Positions 36,833-49,403 of a stretch of 64,000 nucleotides of DNA are shown here, in pieces (within the stretch, counting starts at the first letter, position 1; each line of letters opens with the position of its first letter). The notes under the pieces are model-generated. The model ran no database searches. It saw only the letters and a program-made list of their open reading frames with translations, and was not told the DNA's origin. The DNA comes from Myxococcales bacterium (GTDB lineage: Bacteria; Desulfobacterota; Binatia; HRBIN30): assembly GCA_037445065.1 (NCBI GenBank), contig JBBILD010000011.1, positions 32,001 through 96,000 on the forward strand. Reading direction: 5' to 3'. The position numbers and the translations under genes were made by a program.

Positions 36833-39690
36833 CGAGAAACCCTTTGCCGCCGCCCGCGCAGGTTGCGCAAGACCCAGAGTGGAAGCAATCCCAGCAGGAA
36901 ATCCCACCCGGATACGTCCTTGCGGCCACTCACCGTGCAGCCGCCCGAACTGAGATTGAGGGTGCCGGGCTTCAGAGTCTTCGTCGGGGAGCTCGTTGGT
37001 AAAGGGGTAAGGGTTCGCGTTCGGGTCGGCGTCGCTGTCGGGCTGCCACTGGGCGTAAATGACGGGGTCGGGGTGACCGTGGGTGTGAGGGTGTGGCTAG
37101 GCGTGAACGACTGGGTGGCGGTTGCGGTAGGAAGGGGGGTGGGCGTGTGGGGAGGCCGGCTGCTCACTAACACCGTGATGCCGCCGCCACTGCCGGCGCG
37201 GCCAGCGTTGGCAACCAAGACATCCGGGGCCGCGTCCCCGTCCAAGTCTGCCACGGCCAGCGCTACCGGCCGTTGCAAGCGGAGGGGGAAGGGAATGAGG
37301 CTGCGCGCGAAAGCCCCGTTTCGCTCGGCAGGAAAGAACACCAGCGTGTCGTTATTTGCGTCGGCTACGACAAGGTCCGTCATCGTATCGCGATTGAAAT
37401 CCATGGCAGCGATAGCGCTGGGAACCGCCGGCGCAGAACTTCCACTGGGCTGGGAGACGACCAGAGTCTGCGAAGCCGAGAGGAGGAGGGCTCCAGTGGA
37501 AGAAAGGCGCCCGAGCACCACTGTCATGGCGCCGCTGTTGCCAGGGCTAAAGGCGACAGTCGTGAGGGCGAGGTCGGGAACCGAGTCATCTGCCTCGAGT
37601 ACAGCACTCGCGAATGCAGAGGGTACCCCGTTGAGGAGCAATGGAGGCAGGGGACGAAATCCGCCCGTGCGTGGAGGGCAGGTTTCCCCGCTCGGGGTCG
37701 GAGGAAGAGCTAGCTGTTCGAACACCGTCACGTCAGAAGCTTGTTGGCTAAATGCCGCGATGTCGGGACGGCCGTCCCGATTGAAATCCGCCGTGACGAT
37801 TCCATCCGCACCGCGACCAAAGGCCAACGAGCAGGCAGGCTCGTAGGCGCGACGTTGTAGCCGGTTCCCCATCACTGCGGAGAAGGTCACAGCGCCGCTG
37901 TTCTGGCGGGCGACCAACAAATCCAACGCGCCATCTCGATCGAGGTCCACCGCATCCAAACCGGTTGCGTCCGTGCCCCTGAGCAAGGGGTTCTGGGCAC
38001 TCGGCAGCAGAGCGCCGCTGCCGTCGCCGTAAAACACGTGGAGGCCGTTCGCGGTTGTGACCGCCACGTCGAGTCGGCCATCCGCGTCGAGATCCACCAC
38101 CCGGAGGTTGCGAGGCGCACTCGGCAAAGGAACTTCGCCGAGGAGCGACCAGTTCACCACCTCGCAAGCGGTGGCAGCGCCTCGCTGCGGCCGAGTTTTC
38201 AGAACCAGCAAGCGGGGAGAGGCGGCGTCCGCACCAATCACCTCTAGGGTTCCGTCGCGATCGAGATCGCCTGTGCCGATCGCGACCACGCTGGCTGCGA
38301 GAGCCGGTTGGCCGGGGGAATCGGTCTCGCAGGAGGTAAAAGGCGCAGTCGGGATCGGAGTCGGCGTCGGTGTGGGTTGCGGAGTTGGCGTGAGGGACAT
38401 GGTCGGAGTCGTCGTCGCGGTGCCCGGGGTACCGCCGACCGGCGTGCCTGGCGAGGCTGTGGGGGTTTCCGTCGGGGGCTGGGGTTGGCCGGTGGTGTTG
38501 AGGATCACACGCGCTTGGTTTCCGTCCGGAGAAAGGGTGACAAGATCGGCTCGCTGATCTCCGTCGAGGTCTGCCAACAAGATCGTGGTCGCATCGCCAC
38601 CCAGCCCCCCCGCGGGAGCCTGGACTTGGAATCCGTTTTCATCCGGGAGCACCTCGAGGAACGGACTAGGGTCAAAACAAACCTCGCTCGGCTGCCTGCA
38701 AAGGATGGTAACTCCTACGCCACCGCTTGTATTCGAGGCTGCGAGGTCGAGTTTCCCATCGTTGTCCAAATCGCCTGCCGCCAAACCGATCGAGTCAACC
38801 TCGACAAAGTCCGTGGCTGCCGTCTCGAAGGAGTCACCGGTGCCGAACAGCAGCGAGACTTTTGCATCCACATCGATGCCGCTGACGGCGGCAAGGTCGT
38901 CGAGCGCCGAATCACGTCCGAAGTCGCCAGCAACGAGACCCGCGGGACGATCTCCAACGCTGAAGAGCTGCGGTGTTTGAAAGGTTCCGTCGCCTCTGCC
39001 CAACAATAGGACGACGCGGTTTCCGCCGGAGCTACTTACAGCGAGGTCCACAAAGGAATCGTTGTTGAAGTTACCGGCAACGATCGCGTAATTGTCGCGG
39101 GTGCCAGGGCCGGTGGAGATACTAGGGGTCGGAAAGTCATTGAACTGCCCGTTGCCGAGCCCTTTGAGCAAATGGATCGTGCTCGAACTCAGCACAGCCA
39201 AGTCGAGTCGGCGGTCGCCATCGAAGTCCGCCGCGACGAGACCGCGGGGAGACGGGTCGACCAGAAATCCATCCACGAAGTTTTCATCGGCTTCGAAGGA
39301 GAAATCCTCGACGGATTGGAGGAGGACCGAAACACTGCCGCTGGCTCGATTGGCGGTGATGAGATCCGGTCGCCTGTCGCGGTTCACGTCCGCGATAAGC
39401 ACGGCGACCGGCTCCCCAGCGGTATCCCCAAACTCCTGCAGTTCGAAGTTCCCGCGTCCGTCGTTGAGGAAAATCTCGACTTGGTCTTCGCCCGGCGACG
39501 TGACCACTAGGTCCGCGGCGCCATCTTCGTTGAGGTCTGCGATGGCCGCCGCTTGTGGACCCGGGTTGTCGCCCGCGTTCACATCCAGCGTAGAGAGCTG
39601 GCGAAAGGTAATTCGTGCGCTTACCGGATTGGCCACGCTCAGCCACAGCACAACGGCAACCCAGAACCCAGCACGGTGCGGCGGTCGCAT
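36829..39690 (-). CDS. Secreted double FG-GAP beta-propeller protein with Pro/Thr linkers and MYXO-CTERM-like tail
   Basis: Signal peptide; two blocks of DxDxDG repeats separated by a PT linker; ends 'SSGGCTVSG...FLLGLLPLWVLRNLRGRRQR'. Confidence 0.88.
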   Translation of the reverse strand: MRPPHRAGFWVAVVLWLSVANPVSARITFRQLSTLDVNAGDNPGPQAAAIADLNEDGAADLVVTSPGEDQVEIFLNDGRGNFELQEFGDTAGEPVAVLIADVNRDRRPDLITANRASGSVSVLLQSVEDFSFEADENFVDGFLVDPSPRGLVAADFDGDRRLDLAVLSSSTIHLLKGLGNGQFNDFPTPSISTGPGTRDNYAIVAGNFNNDSFVDLAVSSSGGNRVVLLLGRGDGTFQTPQLFSVGDRPAGLVAGDFGRDSALDDLAAVSGIDVDAKVSLLFGTGDSFETAATDFVEVDSIGLAAGDLDNDGKLDLAASNTSGGVGVTILCRQPSEVCFDPSPFLEVLPDENGFQVQAPAGGLGGDATTILLADLDGDQRADLVTLSPDGNQARVILNTTGQPQPPTETPTASPGTPVGGTPGTATTTPTMSLTPTPQPTPTPTPIPTAPFTSCETDSPGQPALAASVVAIGTGDLDRDGTLEVIGADAASPRLLVLKTRPQRGAATACEVVNWSLLGEVPLPSAPRNLRVVDLDADGRLDVAVTTANGLHVFYGDGSGALLPSAQNPLLRGTDATGLDAVDLDRDGALDLLVARQNSGAVTFSAVMGNRLQRRAYEPACSLAFGRGADGIVTADFNRDGRPDIAAFSQQASDVTVFEQLALPPTPSGETCPPRTGGFRPLPPLLLNGVPSAFASAVLEADDSVPDLALTTVAFSPGNSGAMTVVLGRLSSTGALLLSASQTLVVSQPSGSSAPAVPSAIAAMDFNRDTMTDLVVADANNDTLVFFPAERNGAFARSLIPFPLRLQRPVALAVADLDGDAAPDVLVANAGRAGSGGGITVLVSSRPPHTPTPLPTATATQSFTPSHTLTPTVTPTPSFTPSGSPTATPTRTRTLTPLPTSSPTKTLKPGTLNLSSGGCTVSGRKDVSGWDFLLGLLPLWVLRNLRGRRQRVSR

Positions 39691-39764
39691 GAATGGCGGC
39701 CTTATTCGCCGTTGCCTCCTGTTTTGTCAATGCGCGAAAAGACGGTGCTGCCGCAAATACAGCG

Positions 39765-39809
39765 AAAAAAACATGGGTGCTGCGTTCGCGGGGAACGCCA
39801 GCACCCATG
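39765..39809 (-). terminator. Intrinsic terminator after groEL
   Basis: Minus strand CATGGGTGCTG...CAGCACCCATG stem followed by T7. Confidence 0.85.
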
Positions 39810-39844
39810 CTTCGAGATGCGTGGATCGGAGACGGAGACTGGGG

Positions 39845-41482
<1,638 letters not shown>

Positions 41483-41773
41483 TCATTTCTCGATCACGGC
41501 GAGGATGTCTTCCTCACGCATGATCAGGTAGTTCTCGTCGTCTACTTCGATCTCACTTCCCGCGTACTTACCAAATAAAACGCGATCCCCGGGCTTTACC
41601 GAAAGGGGCGTGCGCTTGCCGTCTTCGTCCAACCGGCCAGGACCGACGGCCACGACCTTGCCTTCTTGCGGTTTCTCTTTCGCCGTGTCGGGGATGATAA
41701 TCCCGCCCTTTGATTTTTCCTCTTCTTCGATCCGCTGGACCAAGACGCGGTCTTGCAAGGGTCGAATCTTCAT
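41483..41773 (-). CDS. groES: Co-chaperonin GroES
   Basis: '[12 protein letters not shown]', '[16 protein letters not shown]'; AGGAGGAGG RBS. Confidence 0.98.
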   Translation of the reverse strand: MKIRPLQDRVLVQRIEEEEKSKGGIIIPDTAKEKPQEGKVVAVGPGRLDEDGKRTPLSVKPGDRVLFGKYAGSEIEVDDENYLIMREEDILAVIEK

Positions 41774-41837
41774 AGTCCTCCTCCTTTCGGGTCTCGTCGT
41801 AGATGAGAAGATATCGGGTTCGAGAAAACCCGGCGGC

Positions 41838-41865
41838 AAGCTAACGGGCGGCAAAAATCTGTCAA
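41838..41865 (-). promoter_or_regulatory. Candidate sigma70 promoter of groESL overlapping the dnaA stop codon
   Basis: Minus strand TTGACA-N16-TAGCTT. Confidence 0.45.
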
Positions 41866-43262
41866 GCCCGTTGTACGGGCGAGAGTCCTCCGCCGGCGCA
41901 AAGCTGCGCTTTGAGGTTCTGGATCACGCGGGCGAGTTCCGGATCCTGTTGCTGCCGTTGCTCAGCGCAGCGAACTGCGTAGAGGACGCTCGTATGATCC
42001 CGCCCTCCAAACTCTTGCGCAATCGCCGTTAGGGAAGCCCCTGCTACCGTGCGAGCCAAGAACATGGCAACCTGCCGGGCGATGCAAGCAATCCGGTCGC
42101 GTCGTTGCGAGCAAAGGTCTTCGACAGTGATCCCGTAATAATCGGCAACATGACGTTGGATCGTGGCCACGTCTGGAGGACTGGGTGCGACCGCCACCCC
42201 TGGCGCTCCCAAGGCTTCATCCAGCAAACTCGTGTCAATGGACCGGTTCAAGAAGGAGGCCAACGCCAAGACCCGGTTCAAGGCTCCTTCCAACTCCCGC
42301 ACGCTCGGTCCGGCACGCAGCGAGATGGCCTCGAGGAGTTCCACCGGCAGTTCGACTCCCCGTGCGGTGGCCTTGCTCTGCAGGATCAGGACGCGCATCT
42401 CGGGCGTCGGCGGACGCATGTCTGCGATCAGTCCGCCTTCGAACCGGCTCCGTAACCGCTGTTCCAAGCGGGCGATGTTTTTCGGGGGTTCATCCGAGGT
42501 CAGCACCACTTGCCGGCCTTCGTGATAGAGGGCCTCGAAGGTGTGGAAGAACTCCTCTTGCATGCGATCCTTACCCGCCAAGAACTGCACGTCGTCGAGG
42601 ATCAACGCATCCAGCCGCCGAAAACGATCGCGGAACTCGGGCATGCGGTCATTCTTGAGTGCCTGGATCAAGAGGTTGGTGAACGTCTCCGCGGACAGGC
42701 AGCCAATCCGCTGCCGCTTCGACTCGCGCAGCAGCTCATGGCCAATGGCGTTGACCAAATGGGTTTTTCCGACTCCTACGGAGCCCCAGAGGAACAGGGG
42801 ATTGAAGCGAGTCGCGCGGCCGTTTGTGGCCACCGCACGGGCCGCCTCGTATGCGACCTCGTTGGCGGCGCCCACGACGAAGCGCTCGAACGTGTAGCCG
42901 GGGATCAGGCGGCCGACCGCCGGTCCCCGTGGCGCCCGCTCCACCGTCGTCGCGCTCGCAGTCGGGGGCGCGGTCGGTGTTGGCTCGGTATGTCGCGCGT
43001 CACTCGATTGCCGACTCGGGCCCGGACTCACCACGACACGAATGACGGGAGGCGGACTGCCGGGCTGCCGCAGCGCAGAAGCGATGGCGCGCAGGAAATG
43101 CCGAGACACCCAGTCTTGAAAGAAACGGTTCGGCACTTCCAGGCGATAGCGCCCTTGCTCTTCAATGAGCCGCGTGGGCTTGATCCAGGTCTCGTAATTC
43201 CGCTCGCCGATCACCTCCTTCAGATGCGCCAGACTCCCACTCCGTTCCTCTTCCATCTGCAT
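41862..43262 (-). CDS. dnaA: Chromosomal replication initiator DnaA (or paralog)
   Basis: Domain I 'NYETWIKP...VPNRFFQDW', 'YTFERFVVG', '[17 protein letters not shown]', 'DDVQF', 'QEEFFHTF', 'RELEGAL', 'FGGRDHTSV'; start placed at MQMEEER. Confidence 0.92.
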   Translation of the reverse strand: MQMEEERSGSLAHLKEVIGERNYETWIKPTRLIEEQGRYRLEVPNRFFQDWVSRHFLRAIASALRQPGSPPPVIRVVVSPGPSRQSSDARHTEPTPTAPPTASATTVERAPRGPAVGRLIPGYTFERFVVGAANEVAYEAARAVATNGRATRFNPLFLWGSVGVGKTHLVNAIGHELLRESKRQRIGCLSAETFTNLLIQALKNDRMPEFRDRFRRLDALILDDVQFLAGKDRMQEEFFHTFEALYHEGRQVVLTSDEPPKNIARLEQRLRSRFEGGLIADMRPPTPEMRVLILQSKATARGVELPVELLEAISLRAGPSVRELEGALNRVLALASFLNRSIDTSLLDEALGAPGVAVAPSPPDVATIQRHVADYYGITVEDLCSQRRDRIACIARQVAMFLARTVAGASLTAIAQEFGGRDHTSVLYAVRCAEQRQQQDPELARVIQNLKAQLCAGGGLSPVQRA

Positions 43263-43309
43263 GCGCGCCTCCGTGCTCTTCGAAGGTTTCCAGTCGGCCG
43301 GCGCAGCGC

Positions 43310-43386
43310 CTTTCCACACCTGGGGAAAATTGCCCATCTCCATGTCGGAGAAGAACTTTCCCGTTTTCCACACAAACACATCCACA
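43310..43386. promoter_or_regulatory. Cluster of DnaA boxes upstream of dnaA
   Basis: CTTTCCACA 43310-43318; TGGGGAAAA 43321-43329 (reverse complement TTTTCCCCA); TTTTCCACA 43364-43372 (exact TTWTNCACA); ACATCCACA 43378-43386. Confidence 0.7.
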
Positions 43387-43673
43387 GCCTGACCCAACCA
43401 CACCCACCCCTACTGCGTTCCTCTTCCTCGGGGCGGTGCGCTACCGACGTTCCGTTGGTGATCATCCTACGACCAACGATGCCGTTGACGGCAAGGGCGC
43501 CTCAAGTAGTGGGTGCTGCCAGGGGAGTCAAGAATCCGCGGGCCGCTTGCGGATGTACTTGAAGTGACGAGAAGATTTTCACGCTCAATATATCGCCTCC
43601 CGATACGCGTTTTGGAGGGCTTCGGGAGCTGCTCCGGTAAGTGTGCGTGAGACAAGAGAATTTTGCGCGCGCA

Positions 43674-44870
43674 CTAGCGAGAAGTGGCGCCGTGCGCTTC
43701 GGCGAGCGCGATGGCGCGCTGTAAGTCGCCTGCGTTCAACGCGCCACGTACGAGCCGCCCGTTGATAAATAAGGTAGGCGTGGAGTTTACGCCCAGTTCT
43801 GCGCCGAGGCGGCTGTCGTCTTGCACACGCTGGCGCACTGCCGGGTCCTCGAGGCACGACTCGAAGCGGGGTACGTCGAGGCCGAGGTCGCGCGCCAAGC
43901 GAGAAAACAAGTCCCCATGGAGCTGGCGCTGGTGGGCAAACAGAAGGTCGTGGTACTCCCAGAATTTACCTTGCTGGCCGGCGCACTCGGCTGCAACTGC
44001 TGCACGACAAGCCATGGAATGAAACGGAGACGCCACTGCGGGGTTGCATTCTGAATTCAAAGGGAAATGCCGGAAGAGCACGCGCAAGCGGCGAGGTTCA
44101 CGCCGCCAAACTTCGTCCACGACTCGGTGAAAGTTTTTGCAATGCGCGCACTCGAAGTCGGAGAACTCTACGATCACTACGGGAGCATCTGGGCGGCCTC
44201 GCTGATTGCGGCCATCTAGAGGTACTGAGACCAGCGGCTGAGAAGTGAACCAATGAGAAAAGCGGGGGTCGCTTTGCAGGCTACCAGTGGGGTTCCGGCC
44301 CCGGCTGATCTCCCACCCGAGCGCCAGTGCAAGCACACCGAGCAGGGCAACTGCGGCTGCGAGCATGCCCCGGTCGAGCCCGCGGCTCTGTGCGAGCCCA
44401 CGCTGGTAGCTGGGAATCAGGCCCCGCCGTAGCCACCCGGCGGTAAGGAAGTTGAGGACCGCGACCACGTAGAGACCTGAGCACACGAGACACACGGTGT
44501 GCAGGAACCACAGGGCAACAACCGCCATGTAAACGGAGAACGCAAGGCCGCCCGTTGTGCCGAGTAAAAACGCGTTCGCGAGTGCACGCCGCCGCGCGGC
44601 GTGCTCCGTGCGCGCAACCAGCGCCGAGAGCACCACCAGGGCCCCGTAAAACACCAGTCCGAGGAGGGAGACAGAGATCCCCCAGAAGGAAGCCCACGGG
44701 CTAGTCAACACTACGTCGCAGTTGACGCTGCTGTTGATGTTGCAGAAGCTCGTGTACGAGGCGTTGCTACTCAGTTCGCGGTGGAGTCGCTCGGCAATGC
44801 CGCTCAGCACAAACCCGCAAGCGCTAATGCCACAAGCCAGCCACGCCCTCGCGCTCGGGGAAAACCTCAT
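43674..44870 (-). CDS. VKOR-DsbA (thioredoxin-like) fusion
   Basis: VKOR 'SFCNINSSVNCDVVLTSPWA' and 'CLVC'; DsbA 'EFSDFECAHC', 'RHFPL', 'STPT'. Confidence 0.9.
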   Translation of the reverse strand: MRFSPSARAWLACGISACGFVLSGIAERLHRELSSNASYTSFCNINSSVNCDVVLTSPWASFWGISVSLLGLVFYGALVVLSALVARTEHAARRRALANAFLLGTTGGLAFSVYMAVVALWFLHTVCLVCSGLYVVAVLNFLTAGWLRRGLIPSYQRGLAQSRGLDRGMLAAAVALLGVLALALGWEISRGRNPTGSLQSDPRFSHWFTSQPLVSVPLDGRNQRGRPDAPVVIVEFSDFECAHCKNFHRVVDEVWRREPRRLRVLFRHFPLNSECNPAVASPFHSMACRAAVAAECAGQQGKFWEYHDLLFAHQRQLHGDLFSRLARDLGLDVPRFESCLEDPAVRQRVQDDSRLGAELGVNSTPTLFINGRLVRGALNAGDLQRAIALAEAHGATSR

Positions 44871-44939
44871 TTTGCCATCCACCGCACCTTGGTTGTCGAA
44901 AGCGAACCTTGCACTCTTTCGCGACTCTGGTCTGCCCGG

Positions 44940-45827
44940 TCAAGACTGTTCCCCGCGGCGGCGCAGGACACGCAGGTACGCCCAGCCCTTGGGGAGCCGG
45001 TATTCGATCAGGGCGAGTGCCTGCCCCTCCCGGTCGGTCAGCAGCGCGGTTTCCCCGCTGCTTGCCGAGGGCAACCGGCGTAACAGCGCTAGATCTCCCC
45101 GCTCGGCGCGGGCCAGCTCAGCTGCGCTGAGCGGGAACTTCCTCAGATGGCGCAACGCCCGCTCGATCGGCACGAAGGGCAGGGCAGGTGCGGGACCTTC
45201 CAGTGCCGACAAGGGAACTGCCTGCGCGATCGAAAATGGGCCAAACCGCGTACGGCGCAATTCGAGGAGATGCGCGACCGTGCCCAGAGCTTCTCCGATC
45301 TCTTCAGCAAGGACGCGGACATACGTGCCTTTAGAGCAAGTGACGCAGAAACGGAGAGTGTCCGCCGCTTCTACTTCCAAAGCCTCGAATGTGACGTGGA
45401 TCCAGCGCGGCTCGCGCTCGACCGTGATGCCCTTGCGGGCCAGTTTGTAAAGAGGCGTGCCTTCGCGTTTCAGCGCGGAGTACATCGGCGGTATCTGCAA
45501 CCGCCTGCCACCCAGTTGCTCCCTGACAGCTTCTAGGCGCTGGCTCAGGCCTTCGGGAACGGGCTTTTCTGCAACCACCTGACCGGTGGGGTCGCCGGTG
45601 TCTGTTTGGACCCCGAGTCGGATTCGGCCTTCGTATTGCTTGTCCGCCGCGACTAACAGGCGAGCGATCTTGGTCGCTTCACCCAGGCAGAGGGGGAGGA
45701 CACCTGAAGCGAATGGGTCGAGGGTTCCCAGGTGACCTGCTTTTGTTTTGAGCGCGCGTTTTGCCAGATCGACTACGTCAGCCGAGGTCGGCCCCGGCGG
45801 CTTGTCGATCACGAGGATGCCTTCCAT
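44940..45827 (-). CDS. truB: tRNA pseudouridine(55) synthase
   Basis: 'GILVIDKP', 'GHLGTLDPFASGVL', 'PPMYSALK', 'CSKGTYVR'. Confidence 0.97.
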   Translation of the reverse strand: MEGILVIDKPPGPTSADVVDLAKRALKTKAGHLGTLDPFASGVLPLCLGEATKIARLLVAADKQYEGRIRLGVQTDTGDPTGQVVAEKPVPEGLSQRLEAVREQLGGRRLQIPPMYSALKREGTPLYKLARKGITVEREPRWIHVTFEALEVEAADTLRFCVTCSKGTYVRVLAEEIGEALGTVAHLLELRRTRFGPFSIAQAVPLSALEGPAPALPFVPIERALRHLRKFPLSAAELARAERGDLALLRRLPSASSGETALLTDREGQALALIEYRLPKGWAYLRVLRRRGEQS

Positions 45828-45842
45828 AGCAATCAGCAACGA

Positions 45843-46199
45843 TCAGAACCCGCCGGCTGGTGGCTTCCCTCCGGCCTGTCGTGGCGAAGGGTCTAGAGGT
45901 TCGAAGCTCGGATCGAGCCGGAAGTCGAGCACTGGGACCTTGCGTAAGTGCAAGGTCTGGCCGAGCTTGGTGCGCAAGAACCCACCCGCACTGCGCAATC
46001 CGCGGAGGCAGCGCTCTTGAGCCTGCGCGTCGCCGATGCAGTGAACGTAAATCTTGGCGTGCGACAGATCGGCCGACAGCCGCACGGCGGAGATCGTGAC
46101 CATCCCGATGCGCGGGTCTTTCACCTCGCGGAGAAGTAGCTCCACGATGGCTTCGCGCAGCATCTCGCCGAGGCGCAAAGTACGGCGTTCCGATGACAT
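45843..46199 (-). CDS. rbfA: Ribosome-binding factor A
   Basis: 'VKDPRIGMVTISAVRLSADLSHAKIY', 'LRKVPVLDF'. Confidence 0.95.
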   Translation of the reverse strand: MSSERRTLRLGEMLREAIVELLLREVKDPRIGMVTISAVRLSADLSHAKIYVHCIGDAQAQERCLRGLRSAGGFLRTKLGQTLHLRKVPVLDFRLDPSFEPLDPSPRQAGGKPPAGGF

Positions 46200-46214
46200 G
46201 GGTCTACCAGAACC

Positions 46215-46502
46215 TCAAACGTGGAGGATTTCGATTTCTTCTTCACCGAGCTGCGCCAAGTGCAACTCCTCAATAAAGCGAACCACCTGCCGCAGGGCTG
46301 CATCTACGTCGCTGGCATCCGTTCCCACCCGGCTAAAGCCGAGCACGGCGCGCTGCCAGAGGTCGTGCGCGTCGCATTCTGCCACCGAAACATTGAACGT
46401 GTTGCCGACTCGAGACTTGATTTTATTCAGAATGCCCCGCTTGCCTTTGAGGCTGTGATTTTCCGGCAGGTACAGGGTCAGTTTGAGGACGCCCACCACC
46501 AT
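46215..46502 (-). CDS. DUF503 (YlxP) family protein
   Basis: 'SLKGKR', 'FNVSVAE', 'DLWQRA'; between infB and rbfA. Confidence 0.9.
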   Translation of the reverse strand: MVVGVLKLTLYLPENHSLKGKRGILNKIKSRVGNTFNVSVAECDAHDLWQRAVLGFSRVGTDASDVDAALRQVVRFIEELHLAQLGEEEIEILHV

Positions 46503-46556
46503 CTGTTTACGCCTCGCTGGTTGGTGACGAGAACGAGATGAACCGCGCCCGGCGGA

Positions 46557-49388
46557 TCACGCCCGGCGTTCCACCGCGGCCGCTGGGCGGGGAGAGGTTC
46601 CGAGCCGGGCGGCAACTTCCTGAATCTCGAATACTTCGATCAAGTCGCCGACTTTGATGTCTTGAAAGTTCTCCAGCCCAATTCCGCACTCGTACCCGGC
46701 GGCGACTTCGCGAACGTCTTCCTTGAAACGGCGCAAGCTGGCAATCCGGCCGGTGTAGACCACAACGTGATCGCGGATCAGCCGAGCCTGGGCGTTGCGC
46801 AAGATTTTGCCTTCCGTGACCATACAACCGGCCACCGTCCCCGCACTCGGGATCCGAAAGACTTCTCGCACTTCCGCTTGCCCGAGTCGCTTTTCGACTT
46901 TCTCCGGTTCCAGTAGCCCTTCCATGGCGTCGCGGACGTCGTTGATGACGTCGTAAATCACGTTGTACAGCCGGATCTGCACGCCTTCGCGCTCTGCCGC
47001 CTCGCTGGCCTTGCTCTCGGGGCGAACGTTGAAGCCAATGACCACCGCCTGAGATGCGGAGGCCAGCATGACGTCGGTCTCGGTAATCCCCCCGACACTC
47101 GCGTGCAGGATCTTGAGGCCGACCTCAGGCGTCGAGAGGCGCGATAAGGCTTCGCACAGCGCTTCGACCGAGCCGTGAACGTCCGCTTTCAGCACCACGG
47201 CCAACTCGCGCACTTCGCCAGCGAGGGCACGGCGGTGGATATCTTCGAGAGTGACTTTTCCACCCTTCGAGGCGAGGCTTTCTTCTCGTTGTTTCTCCCG
47301 TAGCGATTCCGCGATTTGCCGAGCACGAGCCTCGTCTTGGACTACCACAAAATAGACTCCTGCCTCTGGAACACCATCCAGCCCGAGGATCTCTACTGGG
47401 GTCGAGGGGCCGGCTTCTTTAACCCGTTCTCCCCGGTCGTTGATCATTGCCCGCACGCGGCCGTAGTACGGCCCGCAGACAAAGGTGTCGCCCACCCGCA
47501 GCGTGCCCTCTTTGACCAGCACCGTGGCAACCGGCCCGCGGCCGCGTTCCAGTTTCGCTTCCACGATCGTGCCACGCGCGGCTTTGTTGGGGTTCGCTTT
47601 CAGTTCCAAAAGCTCCGCACGGAGCAAAATCATTTCCAATAACTCTTGGATGCCCTGGCCAGTCTTGGCCGAGACAGGGACCACGCTGGTATCCCCGCCC
47701 CACTCCTCAGGAGTGAGTCCAAGGCGCCCGAGTTCGGTTTTCACCCGCTCGACGTTGGCCTCGGGCTTGTCGATTTTGGTGATGGCGACGATGATGGGCA
47801 CGTCGGCCGCGCGGGCATGGTTGATGGCTTCCTCCGTCTGCGGCATGACGCCGTCATCCGCGGCCACGACGAGAACGACCAAGTCCGTTACTTTGGCTCC
47901 CCGTGCGCGCATGGCGGTAAACGCTTCGTGTCCGGGGGTATCTAAAAAGGTGATCTTTTGCCCGCCTACGTCCACTGAGTAGGCACCGATGTGCTGCGTG
48001 ATGCCACCGGCCTCCTGGGCTGTCACGTTCGTCTTGCGAATGGCGTCGAGCAGCGAGGTTTTCCCGTGGTCAACGTGGCCCATGACCGTCACGACCGGAG
48101 GTCGCGGGAGCAGGTCCTCTGGCCGGTCTGGTTGCGAAGCAGCTTCCTTCTCGAGTTCTTGCTCAGCATCGAAGACCACGTTTTCGAGGGTGAACCCGAA
48201 CTCACTGGCGGCAATCGCAGCCGTGTCAAAGTCGAGGGTATCCGGCGCCTTTGCCGGTGCTCCTAGTTCGAGCAGCTTGGCAACGAGTTCCTGGACCCGA
48301 ATGCTCATCAGCCGTGCCAGGTCCTGCACGGTGATCGCGCCGTGGATGCGCAACACGCGGCGAGCGGCTCGGGGAACCGTAATTTCGGTCTTGCGTATTT
48401 CGGCGCCCGGGGCCGGTTTTTTCTTCTTTGGGGTCTTGAACCGCCTGCGCTCGCTTTCCGGGCCTTCGCCTAAATCCGCCTTCTCAAAAACTTGTTTTTT
48501 GGACTTCTTGCGCGGTCGCTCCCCGACCGGAGGAGGAGGTGCCAAGGGGGGGAAGGCCGGGGCACCGCCATCCCGAGCCGTGACGCGGTCCCGCGCTCCG
48601 CGTTCCCGGTTCCCGGGAGCGCCGGGCAAGTCGCGCAAATTGATTTTTCCGAGGACCTTGGGCCCGCGCCGCGGAGCCTCCTCGGACGCAATGCCCGGTC
48701 CAGCCCCTGCCCCCGGTACTGCAGCTTCGTTTGATGGCGCGACCACTTCTCCCGCTCGGACTTCGAGTCGGGATCCTGCTTCTCCAGCGAGCCGCACTCC
48801 TGCGGGGGCGGCTTGCGGTGCTGCGGGTTGTGCAGGTGCCTTGCTGGTGGCTTCCGGTTCGGCTTCTGCGCCGGACGGGCGCGCCGCTTGCTCCGGCAAA
48901 ACAGGGGGAGCGGGCTCTGGGGCGAGGGTTGGGGCCTCGATTGGTGCTTCGACAAGCACACCAGTTTCCAGTCCCGGCAAGGGCTCGAGTGCGTCCGGAA
49001 GGGGCTCCGGACCGGAGAGTGGCGAAGCCACCGGGGCGGCAATGTCACCCGATGTCGGCGGAGAAGTGAGGGCGGGACGAGCGCTACCCGTGCTGGCTGG
49101 GCTTGATGCCTGCGCGGCAGAACGGCGCACGATGACGTTTGGCCGTACCCTGCGCTCTACCCGGGTTTGGCCCGCACTGTCCGTGACCACTCGTTCGTCT
49201 CCCACGATACTCGCAGTGCGGTCCGCCTGCCCGATCCCGAGTTCTTGCGCGATCTGCGCCGCTTCCGCCTCGTTCAGGGAGCTGGCCGCTTTCTTCTCAC
49301 CAATGCCCACACGCCGAGCGGCATCGATCACTTGTTTTACATCGACGCCCCAGTCCTGGGCAAAATCCCGCACGCGTTTTCCTGCCAT
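46557..49388 (-). CDS. infB: Translation initiation factor IF-2
   Basis: '[20 protein letters not shown]', 'DTPGHEAF', 'ECGI'. Confidence 0.98.
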   Translation of the reverse strand: MAGKRVRDFAQDWGVDVKQVIDAARRVGIGEKKAASSLNEAEAAQIAQELGIGQADRTASIVGDERVVTDSAGQTRVERRVRPNVIVRRSAAQASSPASTGSARPALTSPPTSGDIAAPVASPLSGPEPLPDALEPLPGLETGVLVEAPIEAPTLAPEPAPPVLPEQAARPSGAEAEPEATSKAPAQPAAPQAAPAGVRLAGEAGSRLEVRAGEVVAPSNEAAVPGAGAGPGIASEEAPRRGPKVLGKINLRDLPGAPGNRERGARDRVTARDGGAPAFPPLAPPPPVGERPRKKSKKQVFEKADLGEGPESERRRFKTPKKKKPAPGAEIRKTEITVPRAARRVLRIHGAITVQDLARLMSIRVQELVAKLLELGAPAKAPDTLDFDTAAIAASEFGFTLENVVFDAEQELEKEAASQPDRPEDLLPRPPVVTVMGHVDHGKTSLLDAIRKTNVTAQEAGGITQHIGAYSVDVGGQKITFLDTPGHEAFTAMRARGAKVTDLVVLVVAADDGVMPQTEEAINHARAADVPIIVAITKIDKPEANVERVKTELGRLGLTPEEWGGDTSVVPVSAKTGQGIQELLEMILLRAELLELKANPNKAARGTIVEAKLERGRGPVATVLVKEGTLRVGDTFVCGPYYGRVRAMINDRGERVKEAGPSTPVEILGLDGVPEAGVYFVVVQDEARARQIAESLREKQREESLASKGGKVTLEDIHRRALAGEVRELAVVLKADVHGSVEALCEALSRLSTPEVGLKILHASVGGITETDVMLASASQAVVIGFNVRPESKASEAAEREGVQIRLYNVIYDVINDVRDAMEGLLEPEKVEKRLGQAEVREVFRIPSAGTVAGCMVTEGKILRNAQARLIRDHVVVYTGRIASLRRFKEDVREVAAGYECGIGLENFQDIKVGDLIEVFEIQEVAARLGTSPRPAAAVERRA

Positions 49389-49403
49389 AAGTGGATCCGT
49401 ACC

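Noticed and set aside
35480..38490. GGTGTGGG/GTCGG-rich low-complexity tracts as CRISPR or tandem repeats
   Set aside because: They are degenerate codons of Pro/Thr linkers; no constant repeat-spacer period
41774..41861. CIRCE/HrcA operator before groES
   Set aside because: No TTAGCACTC-N9-GAGTGCTAA in the intergenic region
43263..43403. Longer dnaA start from the ORF track
   Set aside because: The extension runs through the DnaA-box cluster and does not resemble DnaA domain I
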